Shown here: piece by piece, positions 49,287 to 64,000 of the stretch
Numbering within the stretch: the stretch's first letter is position 1
How the letters are laid out: each line of letters begins with the position of its first letter
Position numbers and translations under genes: made by a program
The notes under the pieces: model-generated
What the model was told of the DNA's origin: nothing
The model's database searches: none
The model's input: only the letters and a program-made list of their open reading frames with translations
Assembly: GCF_009914755.1 (NCBI RefSeq)
Contig: NC_060938.1
DNA: 64,000 bases
From: the human T2T-CHM13v2.0 reference genome, Homo sapiens
Strand: one strand, 5' to 3'

Positions 49287-49576
49287 AAGGGGTCCCCAAC
49301 CCCTGGGCATGGACTGGTAGTGCTGGTCTGTGGTCTGTTAGGAACCAGTCCACAGAGCAGGAGGTGAGTGGTGGGCAAGTGGGCATTACCACCTGAGCTT
49401 TACCTCCTGTCAAATCAGTGACAACATTAGACTCTCACAGGAGTGCAAACTCTATTGTGAACTGCGCATGCGAGGGATCTAGGATGTGTGCTCCTTATGA
49501 GAATCTAACTAATGCCTGATGATCTGAGGATGAAAGCATCCCCTACACCCTGTGCTGAAAAGTTTGGGGACCACTG
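49287..49576 (+). mobile_element. MER1B-like hAT-Charlie DNA transposon
   Basis: TIRs AAGGGGTCCCCAA...TTGGGGACCACTG; 8-bp TSD ATCTAC(A/T)G. Confidence 0.9.
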
Positions 49577-49859
49577 ATCTACTGGGCAAAGAAATCTGTT
49601 TGGAATAAAGTTCCCCAGGAATATGATCTTGCTTCAGGTGTTGTCTTCATACTAGAAAGGATATAAGAAATCTTGACAGAGTAGTTCCAAAACTAATAAA
49701 ATCTTAGCTTCTCAAGGTATATTTTTTTCTTTTTTATCTGTTGCATATATTATAATACCAGTGACCATTTCTATATATACTGGTACAGATTTGATCGACA
49801 TTGTTTATTCCATTGAAAGCCATTGCAAGAGTCCATGCAACATATCCCAATTCAGGTAA

Positions 49860-50190
<331 letters not shown>

Positions 50191-50216
50191 TTGAGGATTT
50201 TAAAAACAACTTCAGT

Positions 50217-50315
50217 AGCCAGGCTTGCTGGTGACTGACTGTATTTCCAGCTACTCAGGAGCTGGAGGTGGAAGGATTCCTTGAACCCAGGAGTTCCGTG
50301 CTGGCTTTTATAACA

Positions 50316-50349
<34 letters not shown>

Positions 50350-50350
50350 C
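50217..50350 (+). mobile_element. FLAM/FAM Alu monomer
   Basis: CCAGCTACTCAGGAG...TTGAACCCAGGAGTTC plus (AAAAC)n tail. Confidence 0.7.
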
Positions 50351-50408
50351 CTCCCAGCATTATTGAGTTATAATTGATAAACAATTGACACATATTTACC
50401 GTGTTTGA

Positions 50409-50751
<343 letters not shown>

Positions 50752-51305
50752 GATTTAAGAAGTTTTAACATAGGTCTGCATCCAACAAACTATCACCACA
50801 GTCAGAATAATGAACATAATCCAGCATGACGTGAGGGAGGAAACATCAATCTAAACATTTTCTCATGCCATTTTTGAATCTAATTTTTTGTTCTTTAACT
50901 TTTCAGAGACTGAATAATCAACTTTTGTAATTTCTCGTGTAAGTCTACATTATCCAAGAAAATCTTAATAGATCAAATGGTGCAATTCTGATGGACATAG
51001 GTAGATTTAGCAGACCTCACTATGCCAACAGAATCTTCCTTTACTTAACTTGGACTCTTTATCTTCTCTTTTGCCCTTTCTTCTTGTTCTCATTCTTGTT
51101 CTTGTTGTTGTTGTTCTTCACTTTCTCACTCTTCTCTTCCACTGCTTTTTGTTCCTCTTCTTCTCTCCTCTTCTTCTTATTCCACTTTTTCTTTCTCTAT
51201 CTTCTCTGCCCACCTTCCATTCTGGCCTTTTGTCTGTCCACCATCCATTCATTACACCTTCAGCCTGGCTATCTCCAGAACAACAAACCAAACCTCTTTC
51301 TATAT

Positions 51306-51688
51306 TGACATAGTTTGGATTTGTGTCCCTGCCCAATTTTCATGTCAAATTTTAATCTCCAGTGTTGGAGGAGGGGCCTAGTGAGGGGTGACTGGATCAT
51401 GGGGCCAGATTTTCCCCTTGATGTTCTTGTGATAGTGAGTTCTCACGAGATCTGGTTGTTTAAAAGTGTGTAGCACCCGCCGCCTTCATTCTCTCTTCCT
51501 CCCGCTCCAGGCATGTAAGATGTACCTGTTTTCCCTTTGCCTTCTGCCATGATTGAAAGTTTCCCGAGGCCTCTCCAGCTATGCTTCCTGTATAGCCTGC
51601 AGAACCATGAGCCAATTAAACCTCTTTTCTTTGTAAATTACCCAGTCCCAGGTATTTCTTTATAGCAGTGGGAGAATTGACTAATACA
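51306..51688 (+). mobile_element. MSTA-like (MaLR) solo LTR
   Basis: TGACATAGTTTGGATTTGTGTCCC...GACTAATACA; 5-bp TSD TATAT. Confidence 0.9.
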
Positions 51689-53220
51689 TATATTTTATAC
51701 TGTAAGAATAGTAGGTGCTCAAATCTATTTCCAAAAGATAAATTAAAAGTACCATGCTTCCCAGAAACAAGCACTCCTAATACTATTTTGAACAAATGGT
51801 GTCATTCTCTATACACAGTTCTGCAACAAGCTTTGCTTGTTTCACAATATCTTGTACACTTATGTTTGTCACAATAAATACAGCTATGTCATTTATAATT
51901 TTAAAATAGCTGAATAGTGTTCATCAATTTTGTGTCAAATAACTTTTTGCATTAAACAAAGCTGCTACTAATATATTAAACATATATCTGTATGCATATA
52001 TCTATTGTATCCAATTCAAACCCCTCTTGAATTACAGTAGAAATATTATATATTTCTTTAGAGATATGGCAGATTTTTCTCTCAAAGATGTTGTACAAAT
52101 GTTTAACAATATTTGTGAAGAATATGCAGTATTCCATCATTTCAAAAATATTGAACTACATATGGTGGGTGCATCATAATAATTTCCATTAAGATAAAAT
52201 ATTTTGAATAGAAGAAAACGTTTCAATTTACAAAAGCAAGCCAGGCAGCTACTTCACTTTAACAAGTATTACATTTTTGAAAAGGCAGATGAGACCTGGG
52301 CAAACATTTCTACTTGCAGGTCTTAAAACGTACCTAAATGGTGGGATTTGTTGGATTATATTTGATGAAACAAATTTGTTTTTTCATTGTTTTGGTTTGT
52401 TTCATTTTGTTTTTTTTTGTTTAAAAAAAAGGAATTGTGTTATGGGCAAGTTTTATAAATGAATTTTGGTGAACAGAAAATGTTTAGCTTATGGGAAAGA
52501 GGTTTTGGTTGGTAGCAATAGTTGAACCAAAAGTCAACAGTAGGAATTTGATTGTGAACCATCAGGCAAAGGAAACAATAATCTTTGCAGGTGGGTTTGA
52601 ATTTTCCAAACCTACATGTAGCAAATATTTAGAAGTTCATATTAGAAACAAACAGAAGCTTAAAGCTACTGTAGCTTTCAGCTGTGTTTCCTTTCTTAAG
52701 TTGTATTTCAATTTATTGCCTGATTGCAAGCAGCATTTCAAAATATGACAGAAGAAACCATTTGAGAAGTTGATCCAAAGTGTTTCATCTGTTAAAACAA
52801 TAACATGTTAATAAAGTATGTTATGTATATAAGATAAATTAATATAAACATTAGGATAATATGATTATCCTCTATGTTCCTCAGAATAGAGGTGTAAACT
52901 AGGCAGTGTTTCTGCAAGATTTCCTTCTAAATTACACGTATAATAAATTTTGCCCTCAAATACACTCTATGCAAATATAGACCATAACAAGTTCCCAGTA
53001 TAGACCTTATCTCCAGTTTCAAAGTAGAGACATTTCTTGGAATTACCTTCTACACATTCCTTTAAATGAAAATACTATAGGAGTAACTTTGCTTTATTTC
53101 AGGCCTCCCCACATTTCAGAATTGTATTCCTGTTCCAGATCTGGATAGAACTATTATTTACAATTTATGGGGGCTATTTGATTAAATGTATTCACACCTT
53201 CAAACATGTTCACAGTCACT

Positions 53221-53291
53221 TACTGTGGGCTGAGTTGTGTACCCTCAAAAATTTCATATGTTGAAGTCCTAACCCCTACTACCTCAGAGTG
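53221..53291 (+). mobile_element. MLT1B-like LTR 5' stub
   Basis: GGGCTGAGTTGTGTACCCTCAAAAATTTCATATGTTGAAGTCCTAACCCCTACTACCTCAGA. Confidence 0.75.
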
Positions 53292-54612
53292 GAGAAGAGG
53301 CTGCGATGTACTGGAGCATATTCCAGGAAGTCTTGATGTAGAAATAATAGAGCTAGTTCAGAATGGCAATCTTGATCATTATCTCAATGGCCATGTCACA
53401 GAGGCGATATTCAGAACTTGCCCAACCCTGTGGTGGTGAAGGGATGAAGTCACTGTGTCACTGGGACCCTTTCAGTGCTGGCTGGAGTGAAGACACAGAT
53501 GCCTTTACTGAAACTAGGGTCGTAAGAATCGTGTGGACCACCACTGTCTGTGTCTTCCTGTTTTGCTAGGGAATTAGCAGGGTTGGGTTCTGCCTGCCTC
53601 TGCAACGCTTTGACTTGTCCAGCTCCATCCTGTTTGGCAGTGACTAGCTTCATCAAGTTCTGGTGGCACACATTAGCCACTCCTTGATGATTTTCTTGAG
53701 CTCATTGCAGGACAAACAGGCAAGATTGCAGTCAGGATGCCAGAAGAGTGGGGCAGCATGGTACTGCCAATGTCAAATGAACTCTTGCATTTAGCAATGG
53801 CTGTCAGCTGGATCAGATTGCCTGCGATCTGGCAGTGCATCACCAGGATGCTGATCATCTCATCTTAACACGAGGTTCTTTCTGATTTCTTTCAAGAATT
53901 CTCCAAACACCACCTCACACAGTTTTGGAATCTCTTTGTCTTCATTTCCCAGAATTTGGAAGAGTTCATCTAGTATCTCTGGTAGGTAATCCAGCAGGTT
54001 AAAATCTGGTACAGGCTCCAGAACCAGCATCCAAGTGATGATGAACTGACAGGCCTACTGGTTGTTGGACCAAATCCTCTCCGGCAACAGAAGATTGGAG
54101 CCTACTATGTCAAACTTGTTTTTCTCAATCACAACGTGCTTTAAAAACGGAAGTGTAGGAGCTCGGATTTGCTTTTCATATTGTGTGTGATTAGCAGCCA
54201 ATTTAGCCCATCAGAGAGAATGCTGAGTGTGGCAGCACGGTGCCTGGGACGACCTTGATGGAGTTATATATGTACTAAGCTCCAGTTTAGTAGTGCATTC
54301 CACTGTCTACGTCATTGAAGCAGGTCAGCATCAGATCAATCGACTTCTTCATGTAGAACCCTGAGTTTCTGTTCAGTGGCATAGAGCTGGTGATCAAACC
54401 AATGGGCCCCTTCTAGCTATGGGGATGCTAAGACAGGGCAAACTCCTGGGGCAGAGGTGATCTGCCCTGTGTTCTGGGCTAGGAACTCCCAGACGACCTT
54501 TTAGATGTCCAGTTCTGCTCCCTTCTTCCTTTCGTACAGCTTGTCAATGAGGACTCAGATGATGTTGGGCGTGATTAGTGTGAAGTCTTTTTCTGAGTTC
54601 ATGGTGTCAGCT
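53290..54612 (-). pseudogene. VAC14: Processed pseudogene of VAC14 (PIKfyve complex scaffold); symbol given is the parent gene. N-terminal ~440 codons only
   Basis: ATG at 54602-54600 reads MNSEKDFTLITPNII*VLIDKLYERKK (VAC14 [27 protein letters not shown]). ORF 53673..53858 (ILVMHCQ..LIQLTA..MLPHSSGILTAILP) and ORF 53450..53680 (ANVCHQNLMKLVT..QRQAEP..SGGP..VFTPASTERVPVT) match VAC14 collinearly without introns; several stops and frameshifts. Confidence 0.95.
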
Positions 54613-54681
54613 CACGGCACACCTGCAAGCCCTCTCAGCAGCAGCTTCCATCTTCCTCTGTGAGCCCCCAGTCTCTCTTCC

Positions 54682-54975
54682 TTTTTTTTTTTTCTCTCAG
54701 ACGAAGTCTCGCTCTGTCGCCAGGCTGGAGTGCAGTGGCATGATCTTGGCTCACTGCGACCTCTGCCTCCTGAGACAAGCGATTGTCCTGCCTCAGCCTC
54801 CTGAGTAGATGGGACTACAGGCGTGCACCATCATGCCCAGCTAATTTTTGTATTTTTAGTAGAGATGGGGTTTCACCACGTTGGCCAGGATGGTCTCGAT
54901 CTCTTGACCTCGTGATCCACCTGCCTCAGCCTCCTAAAGTGCTGGGATTACAGGTGTGAGCCACCGCACCTAGCC
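54682..54975 (-). mobile_element. AluSc-like
   Basis: Reverse Alu; TSD core CTCTTCCTTTT. Confidence 0.95.
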
Positions 54976-57027
54976 CCCCTCTTCCTTTTGTTAAAAAAGT
55001 TGTTTTATCAGAATGTGTATATCCCTATTTGGTTTTTCCTGCCTTGAGCTTTATAACAATGAAATAATTATGTATATCATCTGCTATTTGTTTATAAAAA
55101 TTCAACATTATGTTACTCGGAGTTGTTTATGTTGATTTGTGTAGTTCATTTATTTTCACTACAAATAAGTTGTGTGAATGTAACAAATTTTTTTTATCCA
55201 TACACCTGTTGATGAACTTATGGTGGATTCATATTTTTTGTAAATTTTTGAGAAGTCTCAGCTGTTATCTCTGCAAATTGCCTCTCATCCATTCTCTCTT
55301 TTTCTAGGATTCCAATTAGATATGTGATGTAGTCTCATTCTATCCATATTTAAAATCTTTCATTCATATTTTTCTCTTCTGCATTTTAGATAATTTCTTG
55401 TGATCTATCCTTGCACTCACTAATTGTCACTTTAGCTTTATCTAATATGCTATAAAACATGATATTTGGGTTTTTAACTACAAAATTATATTTTTTTATT
55501 TCTAAAATTTCAATTTGCCCCCTTTCAAATCTATGCTCATTTTTTATTACTCCCCTGCAATTTTATAATTACATCTTCTATTTTCTTAAACATTTTATTT
55601 GTAGAAATTTCAGATTTTGATTTTCATAATGTCAATATCTGAAATATTTTGAAATAAACCAGTTATTTGTTTTTTCTACAGACTCACTCGTGATGGCTTG
55701 TTTTTTATTGTTGGTGGTGTTTTTTTTTGTTTTGTTTTTTGTTTTATGTCTGGGGATCTTTGATTGAGAGCTCATGTTTGTTTGATCTTAATTTGTGAGA
55801 ATCTTGGATACCTCTATGAAACCACAACATGTCGTGAGTGTTCAGCTTCTATTAGGGCAGATTGTATTCATGTCTCTCTACTGTTGAAACCTAAGGCTCC
55901 ACTGTACCAACCTCTTCTTTCCTTCATTAAATAAGCATTTCATTATTTAGGAGAAGATTACTGACCTGAGACCACTCCAGGTTTTTCCTAGAGTCCTTTT
56001 ATAATATGAGAGTTTAAGTTTCAGGTCCCCTTCCTTGAAGTTAGATCAAGATTGTTTCCTGATGCAAAGAAAGTATCAGCCTGAAACTACTTAAACTTTT
56101 CTCTAGAACCTCTGGCTAATACAAGAGCCCCGGGTTCAGTACTGCTTCCTTAAGGCTTGCTCAAGACTTTCCTGATAAAAATGCTAATATTGGCATTTAC
56201 CTTCAGAAAGCTCCTCAGTTCTCATTTGAACCCAATCCAAGTTTAGCAAACAGATTTTTCTCCCATAGAAGGATGGCCTTGGTAATTTCCCTTATGTATA
56301 CTGTGACCTTGCAATATATAGAAAACTAGGTTTTATCATGGATCTGGTTGCTTTGTAGGAGGAAGGTTCTTTGGGCTATTTTTGGGCATGATACTGTACA
56401 TGGACTTGGATTTTGCATTTTAAGTAAGTTCTTCTCCATATTTTACACATGCATACCAAAATATGAGAATCAGTGGTATAGACTAGGCATGAAAATGAAT
56501 GGCCTCTTCCAGCAATGGTGAATGTTCCAGTCTGACAGAGCCCCAGCCTGTGTACATTAAATTGAAAATGTTGATTAGATTCAGAGGCTTGATGGTCTTT
56601 AAATGTAATCCTAAGGAATTTGAATTTTTTCTGGCTATGGAAAGTAACTGAAGTGTTGTAAACAGAATAATTATATTTAAAATTTGTGTTCTAGAAAGAT
56701 AAGTTGGCTTAAAGAAAATAGAGACTAAAGGCACAGAAGTCAGTTTGAACAGTGTTTCTTAACTTTGGCTTCATGTTAAAATTACCTTGCAAACTTTAAA
56801 AAATACTGATTTCAGGGCACAGAACTAAATCAATGATTGTATTGTGCAACAATGGTTGTGAACCACTGAGCTAAAAGTCTGCATGAGATTTGATGAGGAA
56901 CATCGCAGTGAGAACTGAGAAGTGAGGCACACTGAGGAAGCATGGACAGGACTTTGTGACTGATTACACATGAGAGGGCAGGAGAAATTAAAGATGACTC
57001 CAAGCCCATACACTAAAGCTGTTATCA

Positions 57028-57378
<351 letters not shown>

Positions 57379-57399
57379 CTATGTTTAACACTTCAATCA

Positions 57400-58960
57400 T
57401 GACTTGATTATCTTGGGGAGAACTTTGTAATTCCCCTTTTCTCTCAATAAATATAGTCCTACTCAGTTTATCTGTTTTTCCTTAGCATGAGTTTAACTAG
57501 CACTTCCAGTCTGATGTTTAGTAAGACTAGTGAGAGAAGACATACTCGTTTTGTTCCTATCTTTGGAAGAAGACAACTAATTTCTTACCACTGTGCTGTT
57601 AGCCATAGTTTTTTTGTGTGCATCTGTCTATGTTCCTTATCAAGTTGAGGAAGTTACCCTCTATTTCTATTTTGCTAAGACTTTAAAAAATCATGAATGG
57701 GTGTTGGCCATCAAAAAATGCTTTTTCTGCAAGTATTTAAAATTTTTGAAATAGATTTATGGGTTATAAGTGTAGTTTTTTCTAACATGAATATACTGTG
57801 TAGTGCTACACTCTAGGCTATTAGTGTAACCCTCACCTGGATAGTGTAAATTGTACCCGTTAGGCAATTTCTCATCCTTCATCCTCCTCCCACCTTTCTG
57901 AGTCTCCAGTGCCTATAATTCCACTTTTCATGTCTGTATGTACACATTATTGAGTTTCCTTATATATGGGAACATGTTCTGCATGTATTAATAAGATTAT
58001 AATAGGATTTTTCTTCTCTAGCCTGTTAAGGTAGATTACAGTAATTGATTTTCAAATGTTGAACCAGCCTCGCATACATGAAATAAATCCCACTTACTTG
58101 TAGTATATGATTCTCTTTACATATCGTTGGATTTGATTTGTTAATATTTGACAGTTTTTGTATTTGTGTTCATGAGAGTTAATGCTCTGCAATTTTCCTT
58201 TCTTGCAATATCTTTGTCTTCTTGTAGTGTTAGAATAATGCTGGTCTCATAGAATGAGTTAGGAAGTTTCCTTTACTTGTATTTTTTTGGAAGAGATTTT
58301 AGAGAACTGGTATTATTTCTTCCTTAAGTATTTGGTAGAATTCACTGGTGAAACCTTCTGAACCTGGTGATTTTTGTTTAGGAAGGTTACTGATTGTTGA
58401 TTCAATTTCTTTAACAGATATAGAACATTCAATTTATTTTTGTTTCTTTCTGTAAGTTTTGATAGATTTTGTCTGTCCAGGAATTGGTCCATTTTATCTA
58501 AGTTATCAAATTTGTGGGCTCAGAGATGCTCATAATATTTCTTTATATCCTTGCTATATGCATGCTATAAGTAATGATGGTCCATTCCTTATTTCAGAAA
58601 TTAGTAATTGGTGTCTTCTTTTTCCTTGCTTAGCCTGGCTAGAAATTTATCAATTTTGTTTATATTTTTCAAAGAACCAAACAAAAAATGTTGTTTTGCT
58701 GATTTTCTGTATTAATTTTTGTTTTTAATTTTTATTGGTTTATGCTCTAATTTCTGTTATTTCCTTCTACTTGCTTTGGATTTAATTTGCTCCTCTTTTT
58801 CTAGTTTTCTTATGTGGAAGCTTAGGTTATTGATTTTAGATATTTCTTCTCTTCCAATGCATGCATTCAGTGCCATAAATTTTCTTCCAAACATTGCTTT
58901 TGCTGAAATCCAAAAGTTTCTGTTGATTGTATTTTTATTTTCATATTTTATTTAATTTTA
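57400..58960 (-). mobile_element. Old L1M ORF2 fragment
   Basis: TATCAAGTTGAGGAAGTT, CTCATAGAATGAGTTAGGAAG, TTTTCAAAGAACCAA antisense ORF2 motifs. Confidence 0.8.
57735..57976 (-). mobile_element. L1PB4/L1MA1-like 3' end nested in L1M
   Basis: TAGTGTAACCCTCACC...TTGTACCC; flanking TTCTGCA(A/T)GTATT. Confidence 0.7.
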
Positions 58961-60698
58961 CTATATTCACATATGCTAGCAAAATTCAGAGTCATTTAAA
59001 AATTGTATTTCTAGATCTGATATGATTTTATTATGTGGTCCTGCCTTTACTGGGTGTTGAATTTTTTAAAAACTCTTATATTTTATTCAAATATATAAGC
59101 TTTGTCTACTCCAATAATTTAATTCATTTTTATAGGTGTATACTTTGTTTCTGGTTGGTGGAATCTGGTAAATACTATTTTTTTGGCGGGGGGACGGGGA
59201 TCTTGGAGACAGACCTTCCCCTTCATGATGGAGTCTAGGATTATTAGTACAAGTGTAGCCAGGCCCTTCTGTTTTGAAATTCTTTGCATCTTCCTTAGAT
59301 TTGGCCGGGATTCACCGGTCTAATCTTTGTGGACTAGGTCCTGCTGAGTCTCAAGTGGTGTCATTCTTGGGCATTCCTTCAGCCTATGTTATTGAATCCT
59401 GCCACTAGTATAACTTATAACCTGGTCTCTTAGCTTGATCAGGACTTAGTGTTTCTCCTTGGCTGAACTAAGTTTCATTTTAGTTTTTGCTAGTCCTGTG
59501 GACCTTTCCATTTCTATGTCAAAGTCTCCATTCTGCTCCTGGCCTATGATAGCTGCACCATAATCTGTGTTGTGGAGTTACTTTGATTCTCACCACTTAG
59601 GCCCACTTGTAGGTGTCTAAGTATCAATTTAGCTGTTTTCTGTCCCTATCCAAAAGTTAAAGGAAACCCTGAGTACTTTCTATGTTATGCAATAGTTCAG
59701 AATAACTCCGAGGTATTAGCTCAGGTCTTTACTTCTATGTAGTCCTACCAAGATTTCTTTGTTGGGGCCATCTTAATACTGGCATACTTCCATTTCTTTG
59801 TATGCAAGACACTGGATAGAAACTCCAGATAGTTTAGGTGGCTAATAACATCTATGTAACCTATATTTCAGTGTTTTGTATAATGATCCTACAGAGTGTA
59901 ATATTTTTTAAATGTCTTACTGTATATAAACTGAGAAGTTTATATAATATTTCTAATCTTGCCCAAAGAGGAAAGAAGAGGACACATCTGAATACCTGCT
60001 TTCTCTTGCACTTTCTCCTTCATCTCACAATTCATTTGTGTGAGAAGGGGATGATTTATTCGTAATCCTCCTATGAAGATCTCCCTTATATTAAGTTATA
60101 TGGCCAAGCGGGCAGGCCTGTCTTTTAAAAAGCCAAGAGAGAAAATTGAAAAATTAATAAAACCTTCTCTTTCTCTTAGTGTATTCATTTCAAACCTACT
60201 TTAAAACTTGAAAATAGCTTTTAAACACATTTTGAAATTAAAATTTTATTTTAGATATCATCAGCTGAAGCTCTTTCTCTGTGCGTTTCTGTTATTAAAG
60301 CTTTTATTTCTCATTGCTCTTTTTCTGTTTATCTCTCTTTTCTCCTTCCTGCAGATGGCTGCCTTGATTCTACTGGAAAGAGATCATCTGCAGAAAAGTA
60401 CAAAAGAGAAGAGCATATTAAAATATTTTTTAAAAAAACAACCCCATAGTTTAAGCAGGCAAAATACTAAAATTTATGTTCTATGGATGTCATTAGCCCC
60501 CTAGACATTATACAGAGAGTGAGAGGAAAAGAGAAGTTTTGGACATGTCATTACGTATTTTTATGTGGTGAACTAATGATTTTTATTCTGTAGCATAGAC
60601 TTAGATGATCTCACTGTGACCCACCATGCTTTGTGCTAGAAAACAAAGGAAATAGTGACATAGAAGAGATGGGCTGCAAGATTAAGAGCAGCATCAGG

Positions 60699-61990
<1,292 letters not shown>

Positions 61991-62094
61991 CACTGTCTCT
62001 AATTGATTTCTTTTCAAAAACAGAAACAAACAAAAAGACTCAGAAAGGGAAAGAAAGCCATTTGTCAATCAATTTATGTAGAATAGGGGGGCAG

Positions 62095-62295
62095 AAATAG
62101 TGGTTACAAACACATTATGGAGACAGAAGAGCTGGGTTTGAATCCTACCTTTGCCACTCGCAAAATATGTCACCTTAGACAAGTTATTTTCTCTGTTTCT
62201 ACTTCAGTTTTCTCATCTGAAAAATTGAAATAGTTTAAGAAAATTAAATGAGCTTAATTTATGTGACACACTTAGAACACAGCCTGACTCAGTGT
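62095..62295 (+). mobile_element. MIR
   Basis: CTGGGTTTGAATCC...CCTTAGACAAGTTA...CAGTTTTCTCATCTGAAAA. Confidence 0.75.
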
Positions 62296-62337
62296 ATGCG
62301 CACACACACACACACACACACACTCATATACATAGAC

Positions 62338-62760
62338 AGAGCATCTTCAACTTTACAGTGGTTTGACTTATTTTTCCAAAGTTACGATGGTACAAAACCA
62401 ATATTCATTCAGTAGAAACTTTTCTTTGAGCACCCACATAACCATTTTGTTTTTCACTTTCAGTACAGTAGTCAATAAATTACATGAGATATTCAGCATT
62501 TTACTATAAAATAAACATTTTATAATAATAAATATTTCTTATAAAATAAATGCTGAATATCTCCTGTAATATAAAAGGCTTTGTGTTAGATTATTTTGCC
62601 CAACTGTTGGCTATTGTAAGTTTTCTGAGCATGTTTAAGGTAGGCTAGGCCAACCTTTGAGGTTCTGTAGGTCAGGTGTATTAAATGCATTTTTGCCTTA
62701 AGTATTTTCAACTTATGATTGGGTTTATTGGGATACAACTCCATCATAAGTTGAGGAACA

Positions 62761-62764
<4 letters not shown>
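62338..62764 (-). mobile_element. MER47/Tigger5-like DNA transposon
   Basis: CTGAGCATGTTTAAGGTAGGCTAGGC...GTGTATTAAATGCATTTT...CCATCATAAGTTGAGGAACATCT. Confidence 0.8.

Positions 62765-62826
<62 letters not shown>
62761..62826. repeat. (TC)n(TG)n microsatellite
   Basis: Seen directly. Confidence 0.95.
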
Positions 62827-62829
<3 letters not shown>

Positions 62830-63129
62830 CCATGTTTACGACGATTATTACTATTGCTGTCATAATGTAACAAGGCATTTGAGGGATTACTAATTGTGAC
62901 GGTATGCTAAAACAAGCTAAAGGGATTTTTTTAAATGATGCTATTAAAGATTGTGAGACATCTCTTTAATCATTTGTTGTATAAATTTGGTTTTTTTTAA
63001 CTAGTAGGAAGAATTCAGACTAGAATCCCTTTGGGTACAGTGCTCATATTTTCTTACTTAAGGCATCCTATTTACAGCACTGAGTACTGAATGATAGCAT
63101 AATTTAAAGAATAGAGCACAACAACTCCG

Positions 63130-63310
63130 CACAGGCCTTCTAGTTTGCAATCCTAGATGTGAATTCTACTTTAACTCTACTATTTACCTAATCTTTGAAA
63201 AGGTGTTTAATCTCACTGAGGCCCACATTTCTCATCTATAAAATTGGAATAGCAAAAGAATCTACTTCCTAGAGCCTTTTTAAGGATTAAGTGATTTAAC
63301 ATTCATAAAG
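63130..63310 (+). mobile_element. MIR
   Basis: TTTAATCTCACTGAGGCCCACATTTCTCATCTATAAAATTGG. Confidence 0.65.
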
Positions 63311-64000
63311 CTCCAAGGAAGTACATGTTCATTTTATCTACGACACTAATTCTGCTAATAGCAGAAATTGGAAGAGTTTATCAGAGACAACCTGTCAAAT
63401 GTTAGTTTTCAAAATATTGCTCTCCAAAGTCAGAGTTTGAAGAAAGCTACAGAAATTGAATGGAAAATTGTTACATCCATATTTACAAATTCAGTAAAAG
63501 AGCTGCCATACAGTTATATAGTTTGTTTCCATAATGTAGTCTTCACATGGCCTATTTTACCTGTGTGTTAAGGAAATGCCCTTAGAGACCAGATCAACTT
63601 TTAGTATTTAGCTTCCTAAAGCAGGAGCTTAGCCCAGCTGGCATTCTGGGACTCCTTCCATCTTTGGTTTGACTTGATGATTCAGTGAAGTACATGCTGT
63701 TCTTTCATCAGAAGTAGCAGTGTTAATTTTTTTTTATGCCAAATACTTTAGCAGGAGCTCAGGCTGAGTTCCCTGGATGATAGCTTATTGCAAAGTCATC
63801 GAGGCAGCTGGTGAAAATGTCCACGCTGAGCCCTTTGAGACCTGTGCCTTTGCAAAACATTCTGAGTTTTTCTGTATTTCAGAGGAGAAAGTAACATGGT
63901 AGAAAACTACCAGGGAATCTTCTTTCGTTTTCACTGGCTTGTAGGAACTCCATGGATAGCTCTGTAGCATCCTAGACTAAAATTGACTATATAGTTTTTC

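Noticed and set aside
53450-53858. VAC14-like ORFs as a functional retrogene
   Set aside because: There is a stop at codon 16, further stops and frameshifts, and the 3' half is missing.

Overview
AT-rich, repeat-dense primate (human-like) intergenic or intronic DNA. There is no intact protein-coding gene: nearly every ORF in the supplied track comes from Alu, L1, LTR or microsatellite sequence. The main non-repeat content is two old, intronless, minus-strand processed pseudogenes recognised by hand translation. One is an IGF2BP2 retrocopy (~40741-49864; RRM2 to KH3, C-terminus and 3'UTR), broken up by an L1, an Alu, MER1B and microsatellites. The other is a VAC14 retrocopy (~53290-54612; ATG to about codon 440, 3' half missing). 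Both lie downstream of, and antisense to, a plus-strand solo LTR12 with eight intact CCAAT boxes (38316-39187), which gives a testable model of an LTR-driven antisense-pseudogene transcript. Other notable items are an L1PA6-like element that integrated from a 5'UTR-spliced RNA (SpIRE), a gene-conversion tract between inverted Alus, a tail-less Alu with direct repeats, a ~220-bp tandem duplication with a fold-back junction, an unusually CpG-retaining Alu, and a pre-miRNA-like hairpin beside a splice acceptor in the repeat-poor 26.3-29.9 kb block. Repeat subfamilies and parent-gene matches come from remembered consensus sequences, not database searches, and old-repeat boundaries are approximate.
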